64,000 nucleotides of DNA from Dicyema japonicum. Its lineage: Eukaryota; Animalia; Dicyemida. The stretch covers positions 702,875 to 766,874 of the forward strand of contig RDEW01000009.1 in assembly GCA_011109175.1 (NCBI GenBank). Reading direction: 5' to 3'. The notes below the pieces were generated by a model. It saw only the letters and a program-made list of their open reading frames with translations, was not told where the DNA came from and did no database searches. Below are positions 48,400 to 60,849 of this stretch, piece by piece. A program made the position numbers and the translations under genes. How positions within the stretch are numbered: the first letter of the stretch is position 1; each line of letters opens with the position of its first letter.

Positions 48400-48915
48400 C
48401 GCATCCTTTCCAACAATCACTTCCATCAGTATCCACCATTATGGGAACCCCTTCACTAGAATAAGGAAGAGATGAATCCTTTTTGGATGCCGGCTATACT
48501 TTGACGTCTCCTGAAACAAGTGGATCAACTGACACCTCTTAGAATTTGAACCATACGCAGAGCAAAACAGAATCCTTCAACCAGATAGGTATCGATGTGG
48601 GAATCGAACCCACAGATATTTGCGATTCGAGAAACATCAATTCGTTAATGTTTAGGCTTAATTTACGAATTCTAGATGCGCCGACCGAGAAGTAAACATA
48701 GTGAACTATTTAAATTTATCCAGTATCCACGGTCGCGGAAACAGAGTCCTTCCAACATCACATACAAGTTCATCCAGAACCAACAGAAAGAGAAGAACAC
48801 ATAGTTCTTAGTCTTTGAGAACCTCTCCAATATATTGGGGAGAGCAAATAGTTTTTTATGCCATCTCGTCACTGGACGTCACATGAGACAAGTAGATCAC
48901 GTGACGCCACTCTAG
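48400..48915 (-). repeat. Two LINE 3'-UTR copies
   Basis: ggtgtcagttgatccacttgtttcaggagacgtc and ggcgtcacgtgatctacttgtctcatgtgacgtcc. Confidence 0.7.
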
Positions 48916-51559
48916 TTGAACGATTAATATAGTAAGACATCTAACCACTAAGCTACCTGGTCACGAGGTTTTTCAATTTAATAAGTCGGTGGAATCAATA
49001 TTTTGAATACATTTGACGGACCATCACAAAAAAAGTCCTAAATTTTTTGCTCCAGGTTGGATTCTATCCAAAAATTGAATATCGATAATATACACTCTCG
49101 AAGCCATCCAGTCTCACGTGGATCTTGGTGGCCCTTTAGATCATTGAGCCGATCTTGCAGATTAGATCTTCCGCTTGTGGGGCAAAGATTCTTGACGCCT
49201 CAACAGAAAATAAGACAAACAAGTGATCCTCCGAGATGCTTATATACTTCATTCTCTTCTGATCCTCGGCTTCTTCTATTCTAATACTGGTATTTTGCTT
49301 TTAAATTAAACTGAGAACCATAATATCGCTACGAGCTGCCTACCATTAAGAAACGCATCACCACGTCGAGTAGCTCAGAGACCATCCACTTTCACGTCAT
49401 AGTGGTTCATGGTAACATAAAGAACTTAAACTTATCTTTCACTAATGATATTCACAATCTAAATGAACGAGTCCCACTCTGATGGTCATCGGGAGCATCG
49501 ATTCTGAAGCGATAACCTTAAAGGTCTGTGTCCATATTTTTTTAAAATCTATAGAGCCTTTTATTTATAAAATTCAATTGTTCTGCCAACTCGCGAGGTT
49601 TCGAAGGTGAACTAGAGGAAAAGTATTAAAGTCACAGTATTTATTCAATTTCCTCTGTTCTGCATAGTCACCAACTGGACGCCATCTAGACAGTCGCTGA
49701 CGAAGGAAAACGATTTGAAGAGGAATCGACGAATGTGACGCCTGTGATTAGTAGGATAGCATACAAATTAAAAGAACTAAGTCCATATTTAACAGATATC
49801 GAAAAAACTGTTTTCTATGCCTTATTTCCAAGGCCCTTGGAAAGTACAAGAGCTCATTCTCCTCAACATTGGATGCTATATTTACCAAGTACCCTGAACT
49901 AACCATCACCTACGGTTGTGCCAAGTGGGGTATAAATATAGCAAAGATCCACATAAACAAAATCAAGGACTTTCATCTTCAGTAATTAGAACTCTCAAAA
50001 AGTCACCCATTGGATATCATACACTCTTAGTCGGGAGAACATATGCACGATTCATCTTCGTGGACTCCTGCCAGCAGTACGAGTTCACAGGAGGTCCAGG
50101 ATCTTGTTAGAAAAGATGATGTGGTTACGAGAGATAAACTTGGCAAATTCAATAGTCGTGTTTTTTATTTTTAATTTAATGATGATCCTTGGTCTTCAAT
50201 AAATAAATAGATCTTGGATACACTGAGACAAAAACTAACACAGTATGCCCCTAATAAAACCCAAATCACTTCCTCTGAGATACTCTCCTTGGCGACGCGC
50301 GCTTTCATTTTCACTCCATTGGACACTTTCTGTTTTTGGAGCAGTTTAAAATTTTTGTCGGATAAGAAAATAAAATTTAACCGGCAAATGGTACGTTAAA
50401 AAGAAAAACTATCTGATGTCCTTATGAATGAGAAGCCTTCAAAACCAGATATTCGGAAAGGGGCATCATCCTAAATAAAAAAGAACTCATTGTGATGGGA
50501 TTTAGGGCACAATCGTTTGTGGAAAAACCTCCTCAAAAATTTTTGTCTGGATTTTTCTATGGTATTCGACGTTATTGAAAAGTTAAAAGACGATAGGATC
50601 TCTGTTTCTCTATTTCTCATGAAGATTATTGCAAAGAAAATTTAAGCTACCGTAGATTACAATAATTTTAAAGGCGTCTGACGGATGCTTGTGTGGTTTC
50701 AAAAACGATACAAACTCTTTCAAAGCAATTTCTTGGGAAATCAATTCTGATTTTATTCGGCGAATACAACCACCATTTGGATAAATTCTAGATATCCTCG
50801 GTTGTGACAAAACTAAGAAAACATTAACAAGTCAATAAAATATATCCCAATCTTTTAAATAATTTCAGAAGCTAGGAGTCGTGTTGTAACTAGGACTACA
50901 GTAGTGCTGAAGAAAGATGGAAGATCAAAGATCTGTAATTCTGAAATTATTCTAGAGAATGAATCCGAATTAATTGATGGACACAATATTGATTGAACTG
51001 AAAATAAGTGGATTTAAAACAACGTTGTGGAATGGTGAGGGAAAGGGGTTAGTTCCATTGATTTGACAAAAATGATGAATCATGTTTAACATTAGCTATT
51101 AAAGACAACTAAATCTTAAGACTAACGATCTCTTATTTATTGGGAAAAAGTACAATATAAGTGACTATTTTTTTGCAGAAACCAGAGAGAACTAAAATAA
51201 GTATAGGGGACTTGTTGAAGATATACCCCTCGCGATTGCTGTCGAGAAAACCGGAGCGATAAGCAGTAAGCCCTTATCTTCATCAAGAAACTTGAACGTG
51301 TTGTCTCGTTCAGAAGCCATGATGACCGCGAAATTCGATGGATCATCCAATTGGTTTCCATGGAAATCCTGAGTGCTGACGTCACATCGATGAAGTTGGC
51401 AGGAATTAAATTAAATTATTCCAATGACCGAGGTAAGAAGGTTAAAACCAAACTAACTAATTCCTTGATCCTAACGTGTTCCAGCAGAACCTTCACCCAG
51501 CACAATGATCCAAAGGACGTTGTCCGATGAGCTGAGGTAGATTCAGAACTCGTTGCCAC

Positions 51560-52050
51560 GGAGCGAAATTGTCACCCGATCGAATGAATAGATGGATCCT
51601 TTTGAACGCCGGCCAGGCATTGGCTGTCTCGTGAATAAGGTGGATCAAATGATGCCATCAGAGGGAACGAAGAGAAATCCTAAATAAGTAGCCACATAAC
51701 ACCATACGGCAGCAACCTTCTATTTCTAAAACGGATTGATTTCCTTTTCTTTAAGGCATTTTCTATTGTGGTGGGTACACAGTAGTTAACGGGTAATTAA
51801 ATTTATTCAGTGCGGTCATATAAGCAGATAGAACTTTCAATATTAAACACAAGTACATCAAAAGCCAGAGAAAGGAAACGTCCAATCCTTGCAGTTGTCC
51901 AAACCCTCCGATAGTGCGGGAGTAACAAACGATCCAGGAACTGGGAATAACATGAGACAGGTAGATCACTTGACGCCACTCTTTCAGAACAAGAAGAGAA
52001 GGGACAAAGAAAACGAAAAGAAATCTTCGACCGACAGCCAATGGGGGAAA
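51560..52050 (-). repeat. Two LINE 3'-UTR copies
   Basis: ggcatcatttgatccacc..aaaaggatc and ggcgtcaagtgatctacctgtctc. Confidence 0.7.
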
Positions 52051-52138
52051 TCGAACAAAAAGAGTATTGACACGATAATTTTAGATATCAATTATTTTCC
52101 TAAAATTCCCGCTGGAAAGAACTTTATTGATTAAAAAA

Positions 52139-52638
52139 TTATTTAATAAAAAATAAATGAGGAATATTTAAATCAATAAACTTTCCAATAGCATTAATTA
52201 TCGAAGCAATGTAAAACTCCAAATAATTCTCAGAATGTTTGATGTGGGACATCATCTCTGCAAAATTACAGCACTGAACAGCAAAACACGGTTCCAATGT
52301 TAAGGGGTGGTAAACTGAAATAAGCATACACTCGTCATCTCCATTACTTTCCAACTCCAGTAAATTCATAATCTTCAAATTAGTCAAAATTAGAGTACAT
52401 CTTCCAAAACTAATGGGCTCTTGTGATCACGAGCCGTTATGAAGATTGTGGGGACTGAATATACTGAATTGTAAATTATTTCGTATTTAAAAAAATAAGA
52501 GTTTCCGTTTTTTGAAATTAGTTTATTTTTCGATATCACCGGGGTTTCCGTGGTAGTGTATTCCCAAGAATCGTCGACTTTTATGATTTGCTTATAAAAA
52601 TAATTGACCGCCACTTCATACTCCTCGAATGATATCAT
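52139..52638 (-). CDS. ATG10: Ubiquitin-like-conjugating enzyme ATG10; 26-nt intron at 52373-52398
   Basis: KYEIIYNSVYSVPTIFITAR, PLVLED, HPLTLEPCFAVQCC and IGKFIDLNIP match the ATG10 layout (Y.VP.L.F, HP.L..P.F..HPC, VG..VGL.LP). Confidence 0.8.
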
Positions 52639-53539
52639 TAATTAATTTATTTAAATAAATTAATTTTTAAAGAATAAATGAATAATTTATTTAAGAGAAA
52701 TAAAATTCTAATTGATGACTAGGAGCTGCGTAGAAAGGGGAGAACTGAACTACGATTTGATGGAGTAAGAAAAGGAATGGTTCTTTTTCGTTCTCATTGA
52801 CACTGGGCGGTGGCACATTAGGAGAACCACTCTCATATTGGAGTCGTCAATACTACGGAATGACTGCAGATTCTTTCGAATCTTAAAAGAACCAGGAAAT
52901 CAACTATGTTTGACTTGGTTACTATTGAAAAATGGTCGATTTTTTCTTAGAGATCTGTCTCCCAATGATTTCCTGTATAGGATAAGATTTCAGGAAACAG
53001 TGGGGTATTTTGATAGGCACAAATGAAAATGCCAAAAATGATAAGGGGAATCGGAATCTCCTAATCATTTCAGATACTATAACCATCTTTCTTGGTGTTT
53101 CATGGGATTGTGTAAATAAAAGACTTGAATGTACTCAGACTGTTGAGAGTTAGTTTAATGTTCTGGAACATTATTATGTCATTCTGCACTCTCTCTTCGT
53201 AAACTAGCAAAATCTTAGATTGTTCAGAAAACTCAATTATGCTAGGGTCAACATCTTCAGACGTCTCATCAGATTTCGGCTAAAAATCTGCCCTTCAACA
53301 TCTGTTAGTTCTTTAAGGTTTTGGTGATAGAAACGGTTCCTGTGCATGCATATCCATATTTTTTATTTTACTACAAAAAAAGTTAATAACAAACAACTAA
53401 TTAAGTGATACAGACAAAAAAGATAAATTCAGATTATTGTAATCCTTAACCCTGATCATATTTTAATGACTTACTTCAATTTAATGTTTAACTTATCAAA
53501 AACAATGGATACACCGATAAGTTCACGCACAAAACTATC

Positions 53540-53760
53540 TAGGATCGGAGAAAAAAATAAGAAAAAGTCCAGTCTTGCAGTTGTGGGGACCCCTCCAATG
53601 GAATGAGGGAAAGTAAATGATCTTTTCTCTGACTATCATATTATTGGGCGCCACTTCGAAAGGTGGATCACATCACGTCATTCGACCAGGAAACCAGTAA
53701 GGGAAATCGAGTCCAGGATCAATTGCTATAGAAAGACATCCTAACTACTAAACTACATAC
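53540..53760 (-). repeat. LINE 3'-UTR copy
   Basis: gtgatccacc..gtggcgccca..agatcatt..caactgcaagactgga. Confidence 0.6.
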
Positions 53761-53999
53761 TTTCTTGATATTTATTTAATTAATAAAATAAATAACCTGG
53801 TTCCTTAGAGTAATTAAAGGTCTTTTTGCGTTTATTATTGTTATGAGCAACAACAAAGAATATAACTATAATTCTATTCATGGATTTCTTCGGCTTTTTT
53901 TTACTAAGACCAAAGAAAATTATTTGTTTTCATTTAAAATACTAAAATATTATTTTAGTTTTAAATTCTTTATTATCAAATTATTTAAATTTGATAATA

Positions 54000-56700
54000 A
54001 TAATTGCTTTCTGTGATGGAATCTGATACTGTCGAGAATGATCTCTTAATAGTTTCAACTAGCATTCATCTTAGATATCCTATCCCAATCAAATACCCGA
54101 AATGCTTGAACTGCTTGTCCAGACTATATTGTTTCATCGTTCCTATGGAAAGGTAGTCAAACCACTAATTGTAGTTAATATACAAAACCGACAGCGAGTA
54201 CACGATCGACGCTTTGGGGTACCAGGATGTGTTTTGTGACACATTTGACTACTCTTACGTAAAAGTTACCTCACCACAGCTGACTGACACCGTGCGAAAG
54301 TGTATATCTGAGGCGGTCTCAATGGTCGACGTGAATAACTCGCCTTCTTTAAAGGTGGTCGAATATGTTACCCCAAGTTTCAATTGTACTTCTACCGTAA
54401 GTTATCCGGGTGGTTTGCCAGTGGTAGCACAAATTGGGAGAAGTGGAACATCAAAGTAAACGTTTTGGACCCAAAATCAAAACCTGTGGATTGTCAGAAT
54501 GATGGACCGTCCGGTTTTCTATTATTTTAACGGTAGATGATGAATTACGGGAATATCTCGAGTATTGCGTCTTTTCCATAATCTCGAAGATTCGACTACA
54601 GAAGACTCCTCCGATTCCTAGGAGATTGGATGTCTCCTCTGTGTTCAGCATGGACTATAATGATGTGCAGCCTTACCACTTTAACTTCACTTGTGAAATC
54701 TAATTTTTTTACTTCTTTCATTATAATGATTCTTTGGGCTCTAAAATAGTCTTCCACGTGCTACCTTTTAGATAATAAAGATATGATTTCTTTGGCTGTG
54801 TCTGCTACTATTCTCTGATGAATTTACTTTATAGGAGCGATGCTGAAATCGATAACTTACTGGAACAAGAGAAGAAGTCGTCCTCTATAAGATGGCACAG
54901 TGAAGAAACCGGTTATGTTAATATTGTCTTGTAGAGCTGAATGGTGACCATAAGCTACAAGAAAGTCTGTGGTGATAAAAGAGTCAAATTGTTTAATTAA
55001 ATTGTTTGTTGTATTTTTAATAACCCTGAATATACCCGAAATAGGTTTTATCCAATTCTCTCTGTCGGAGTGGGACGTTTTATTTCCCAGCATCAAGTCC
55101 TATCCAAATATCTACCTTTATAATAATCCCTCCAATGAAGGGAGGGTTTCTTTTTTTGATTGAGGGTCTCCTGGGTTTGGTGCTTCGATGACACTGTTCA
55201 TTATATTGTTTCGAATTTCTTTAATTGTGTAAACTAAAAATAAAATAGTAAAAAATTCATGATTGGCTCAATGATCTACGTGGGACTGAATGGCTTCCAG
55301 AGCGTATCTCGATTGCTAGAGGAAACAGCCTGTCGATTCAAGTTCCTTAATTTAATTATTTGTGAATAAATGGATTTAATTCATGATTATAGCTGAAATT
55401 AATTTATTTAAGGAACACACATTTCATGATGACTTTCATTAGCAAAATATCAGTATTCTGAATATTTAAAAATTTTTAAAATAAATAATTTACATAGTGG
55501 AAAATCTTACCGAAAGTCTGTCGGATCTTGAAAAAAGTACCTGAGATGAAGATAATACTCAAGAGACAGTGGCTCGATGTTCCTTTTTTGATCCTATACA
55601 AGGTCTTTTCAGGAGTATGACAGGAATCCCTGCTATATATGAATGTTTTAGCTTATTTTGACTCATAATTTCCTTCACTTCCTTTTCAGTGAAGTAAGGT
55701 AACAATAGATACCTTTTCGATTTTTTTAAGGACAGGTAGGAGTGTCAGTCACTCTATAGTCTGTGCCCGAAATTGTGCAAGGCATTTAGGTCCTTTTGGT
55801 TGCAGTTTTCGTCTTAAAGTGGCCATTCATCTGGCTTTGAAATGTTGCAAATTTCTTTCCAGACTTCGGATGTCGACTGATTGTGATTTAAGGCCGTAAG
55901 AATCCGTGTACATTTTTTCTTTATTTTGAATTCCTTGGCTTTTATTTCAGTGTTAAACGATCTTAAACGGAGCCATGCATCGAGTAAAATTCACCCCGCC
56001 TTTTTGAGACGATTTCTTTCTTCGGTAAAGCCATTCTTCCAGGGACACTGGTATAACTAGTATGTCCTTTTGAGAGATACATATTCTTGCTTACAGAATG
56101 ACATTGTTGATGTAGGTGACCCATTTGTCAATAAAGGTGAAGCTCTCCAGATGTAGCTCAGTCGAACCAATGTTCTTAAATTACCTGAAGAGTCACCAGT
56201 TTGCAAATTTGTAGATATAGCGGATTCATCTTTTCGGGAAGATCCCTCTCATAATCCTCCAAAAATAGAATTATAGTCCTTTCTAATGTCATAGACGACT
56301 GGCCAATTTATTCTTGTAGAAAGAGGGAAGCAGAATGTGATGTTTGACAAGTATGTTGATCTGAGATAGATCCTGTGTTCTCGTGACCACAGTAAATTTC
56401 TTCTAATATCAACGGACTGACTTGACAGCAAAGGAGATGCTTGGCGTCCAGATCTCCATAGATCAATACGTCATCAAACTCATCAGGACTGATAGGTCCA
56501 CCATTGAGTACTTTTTCTGGCATGAACCAGGAGGAGGTACATCAATATTCACTAAAAACAATTTTAACTATGTAGTTCCAACAGATATCTCGATGCTCTC
56601 AGTTATTTTGTCATTGCCCTGGAGTTTCTTCACTTCTGGTGGATTATCCTTGTATCTGAGTCATCCACCACGTTTTTTAGTAAGATCGGTTAAATTCAGG
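54000..56700 (-). CDS. One or more orphan multi-exon genes, unresolved
   Basis: Several minus ORFs (54451-54651, 54857-55096, 56308-56523) with candidate micro-introns; no domain recognised. Confidence 0.3.
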
Positions 56701-56784
56701 AAAAATGGGCGTAGTGTCAGTAATAAACCACATGAAGCAAATTTTAATTTGAATTACACAAACCAAAATAAGGAGTTAAAAATT

Positions 56785-56940
56785 TCACGTGGCTCACCGA
56801 CGACGTGGTGGCACTTGGAAGAAACGAGCTAAACTTTCTCTATCCTTATGGGAAGGCCTATGCCGTTGTGGAGATGTTGAGGCAAACCCAGGACCAGCCT
56901 GACTAGTTCAAAATAGATGGAACCAAAATAAGGAATTATT
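56785..56940 (+). mobile_element. Ingi/L1Tc-like 5' end: HDV-like relic + 2A peptide + endonuclease start
   Basis: CACGTGGC-TC-ACC-GACGACGT-GGT-GGCACTTGG..GCTAA, then CGDVEANPGP at 56867-56896. Confidence 0.75.
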
Positions 56941-57013
56941 TTTAAATGAATACTTAATCGATGAATTAAAAAATTTATTCTTAGTTAATAAAAATTAGTA
57001 TATTAAAATAAAT

Positions 57014-57952
57014 TTAGGTAATTTTGCTAAAAACATTATTCAATTTATCGATATTTAGTTGAATCCAATCGCTCAGGCTAAGCATTTTTCCGAATAAATC
57101 TTTAGTTTTGTATGTATTAGATGGAATGTACTTTTTTCTACGGAAATGAAAAAAGTTTGCCCAATCAAGGTTTTTATCGATCCTTTTAAGTCTGTATTCG
57201 TTGATTGCCATCTTAAATAAAAAGTCGGGGTCACTTTTGAATTGACTACCTGAGATGACAAATACTTTGAAAATGTGTCCGCGATCTCGTTTGCGGTTAA
57301 AATCTCTGCGGCAAGAGAGTGAGTCTTTCCACAGTGGTAGCTAAAATTTGTTAATATTTTCTGGACTATCACCCCCATGTCTCTTAAGGAGATAATATCC
57401 ACGTAGTCATCCCCAATTGGGAGATCTAAATTAGAATTGCACAACACCACCAATCAAAATTTTGTCAGTTTTCCTGAAATATCTTTTTGGGTTGTTTAGA
57501 AAGTCTTCATATGAAAGTGGTGTTACCACGCAGGCCTTTCGAAGACCAATTTGCAACATATACTCATGGACAATGGCTTTTACGTCCAAATACAAGCAGT
57601 TGATCCCCGTTGTTTCAGAATTTGAAGTCTCTGTGTTAAAAATAATTTTTTCTATCTTCAGATCTTTGCAGACATCGGCTATGACTTTCCATCGCTTTAT
57701 TATTGCTTCCTTGGTGAGAGATTCGTTCTCAAAGTCCACATCGAGGACACAGGAATCTGCGCCTTCCAAAGATGTGCGGACATTTGAATAATTGTCAAGA
57801 TTTGCTGAAGTAAAATGAATTTGTGGCCCAAATTGTGGCTTTTTTGATCCCTGAGATACCACAGCCTTGACCCTGAATTGAGGACAAGATCCTAAATGTG
57901 TAGCCACGGCTGATAAAATCGGAGTGCTTGCATCCAAAATGCACACGTTCAT
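57014..57952 (-). CDS. NmrA-like family protein (HSCARG/NMRAL1-like)
   Basis: FRVKAV, SLEGAD, LDVKAIVHEY, LPIGD..DIISLRDMG, HSLAAEILTANEIA and LSLSDWI align by eye with NMRAL1; micro-introns. Confidence 0.8.
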
Positions 57953-58117
57953 TTAAGTAGAGCGCTGAAATATGCTAAATAGTTATGTTTTGTTGAATTA
58001 TTGTTTAGCAACCAAAACAATAACAGATTTATTACTTTCTTAAGAATAGCAATGCACTCAATAGTTATTAGCAAACTGGAAGATGTTATAGTCCATCATG
58101 AAATCCAACATGAAGGG

Positions 58118-58335
58118 GATATACCCGAAAGAGTTAATAATGGGGAAGAATCTGACGCGTAGAAGATATAGCCACGTGCCTATTATGAAAAAGTATTTGG
58201 CATAAAGATATACCCGTAAGAGTCAATCATGGGAAAGAATCTGACGCGTAAAAGATATAGCCACGTGTCTATTATAAAAAAGTATTTAACATAAAGATAT
58301 ACCCGTAAGAGTCCATCACGGGAAAGAATCTAACA
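58118..58335. repeat. Tandem repeat, 89-bp unit x~2.5
   Basis: gatatacccg at 58118, 58207 and 58296, with shared gaaagaatctgacgcgta..gccacgtg. Confidence 0.9.
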
Positions 58336-58659
58336 CGAAGAGGATCTGGTAACCATGAATCCAGTATGAAGAAGAGAGATGGTAAGAATCTATGTATCTG
58401 TGAGAGTCGATTATGGAAAGAATCTAGCACATAGAAGATACAGTCATTATAGCCCCAGCGAAGAAGAATCAAACCCTAGAAAGATACCGCCGTAAAAGTC
58501 AACAACGAGGGAGAATCTAACACTAAGAAGATATAGTCGTAATAGGCGTCAAGAGCTTCGTCTATCATCTTTGGCGTAATTAATTGAAATTATGACTATC
58601 AAACGCGTATACGACATATGAGTGAAAGAAAAGGACCGTCCGCCCATCACTCCGCCTCA

Positions 58660-58930
58660 GACTTTATGAGGCTTTCGTGAAACCGACCCTTACGAACAAA
58701 TCTGGCACACATGGAATCTGGAAAACCGATGGAAAATGACTCGACTTATTTCATAGAAAGCAACGTCAGTCTCTCCAGGAGTGAAATGGGGAATCAGTGT
58801 AAGGAGTGAAGTATTGAGCAAAAGATGCTCTTCTGAACCTCTGAACACTCTGATCATGAGTACGGGTTGGGAACTTTTGTCACAATCTAAGAATTGAACG
58901 ATACACGTCAACAAACATCATAACGGAAGA
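58660..58930 (+). mobile_element. RTE C-terminal fragment
   Basis: LRLYEAFVKP..SGT..LDLFHRKQ. Confidence 0.65.
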
Positions 58931-59189
58931 ATTCTTCGAAATATCTAAGGAATTTGAATTACTTATTATTTAATGGATAAATTTTAATTTTTTAACTATG
59001 GTAACGTAAATTAGACATAAATTTTATTATAAATTATCTGTCAGAATAGTCTTTAATATTCACAAGAAATTTTTATAGTTTTGAAAAATTAGTCAATTCT
59101 AAGAAAGCTTCCACTACAGTCGACATGTGTATTTACAAGACTATTTGAAGAAAAAAAATCTCACGAGACTCACCTACATGGTCCCATTG

Positions 59190-59510
59190 TTCAATTGATT
59201 CCCCCCAATGCTTGACCACGCCTCAATTGAAAACAACGGCTCTGGTTACATCGGTCTGTGTGGTCATGAAACAAGTCGTTTTTTTCCATTCAAGACTAGA
59301 AGCCTCAAATACGGGTAAATTGAAAAAAACCCACCCCTCTTCAAAATCTAATGAAAGGTGATTGTCGTCGGTACAGGAAAGCCGCGGGTACTCTGGAGGA
59401 ACATGAGAAAAACCTCTCGATCCTTTTGAGGTGTACCGGGGTCACTTAATTAGTTGGTTTACTCCTTCTTTCTTGGTGTTTCCTTCTCGGGGTTATTAAA
59501 TAAATAAATT
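59190..59510 (+). mobile_element. 3' end copy of the 43620-46360 element
   Basis: High identity to 46065-46360, with tail ctcggggttattaaataaataaa. Confidence 0.9.
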
Positions 59511-59539
59511 AAAGTAATGAAAAAGAGTCGCAAATTTCA

Positions 59540-59760
59540 AATACCGTAATCATGGAATCGTGGGTGATGTTTCGTTTTGTTCTTTTCCTGTGGAGACGTA
59601 GAGGAAAATCCTGGATCAGATCTCATCAAAATTCAAGTTAAGATTGATGGATTCCGGACGAAAATTACCGAACTGCAACGCTTTCTCTTCAAACACTCAG
59701 TGAATATACTATTTTTAAAGAGACAAAACTATGACATCCCCGAATTTCAGAGATACTCAG
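59540..59760 (+). mobile_element. Ingi-like 5' fragment with mutated 2A and endonuclease start
   Basis: CGDVEENPGS at 59589-59618, then IQVKIDGFRTKITEL..FKHSVNI. Confidence 0.7.
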
Positions 59761-60329
59761 ATTCTTCGACGGAAGAGTTTTCATAATTGTAATCTTCACC
59801 AGTAAATTTTGTCTGGGAGAACTGTCTCTTCGAAATAATCAACTCTGAAATAACAAAGACGTGGGATTTCGAAAGTCACTTGAGCATATATGCCTGAAAT
59901 ATCCAAAGCCTTCAATAACTTCTGTCATATAAGAGTTTTGAAAAAAAATTCAGAAGTCGTTGTTCTAGTGATTCGCATAGGAGGTGATCGTTTGTTAAGC
60001 AAGGACCTTTATTTCAGAAGCTATTGAGTTGAGATGAAGAATTCCACAAGGATAGTATCACCATGGTTTTGTTTAACAGTATGTTGTCAATTTCCTCTGA
60101 CAAAAATGTTTAAACACTATAGATTGTTGATATAAGTGTACGATTTGTTTATGTAAGATATAAAAGACAAGAGATCTTCAAAAGAAAAACTTCAAAGCTA
60201 TATTGAGCGCATAGAATCGTTGGAATGATCTTTGATGTTCTGAAGTAATGTATTGTCCAATGTGCATTCTTATTCATTAAGATACTCTTGCAAAACGGCA
60301 AAGCATGTAATGTTATTTTTATTTAAGTA

Positions 60330-60849
60330 TGACCGCCAAAATTCAATTTTCCGTTTTAGACCATCAGTTTATCGTTCAAAATAAAAACAGATTGATATTT
60401 TCCCTGTAGAGATAATGTAAATTTATTCAGTTTATAATAAATTGAAACCAAATATGCAATTCTCTGTAAACAAAGATTGTTTTCCAATTTTTGTAAATTG
60501 GAAAATTTCGTTTTTTTTAATACACAACAAGGTTGTTTCGTAATTCGAACAAACGTTCCAAAACCCTTCCACATGACAACCATCTTACTTCTGTACGGAT
60601 GATCTTTTTTGAACATGGCTTTATAAGATTTTCGCAATTGTATTTGCTTCTCCAAAACGTGCTACAAAATACTCATTAAAATAATTCTATACTTTATAAG
60701 ATGCTCTGGTCTATTTTAAGTTGTCATCTTTCGCAAAATTGACATTTCCAACTTGCTAATAATTAAATATTATATAATAAATTTCGCGGAACCCTAAAAC
60801 TGGCTCTGCGGAACCCTGGGGTTTCCCGGAACCGAGTTGGGAACCACTG
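60330..60849 (-). mobile_element. hAT (Buster/Charlie-type) remnant with one TIR
   Basis: RTEVRWLSCGRVLERLFELRN and IAYLVSIYYKLNKFTLSLQG; terminus CAGTGGTTCCCAA at 60849. Confidence 0.8.

Noticed and set aside
48585-48625. tRNA on the minus strand (gggttcgattcccac)
   Set aside because: Only a T-arm is present; no D-arm or acceptor stem.
49340-49400. Third 5' HDV-like core (tactcgacgtggtgatgc, minus strand)
   Set aside because: No P1 partner and no 2A or endonuclease follows; it lies within a LINE 3' remnant.
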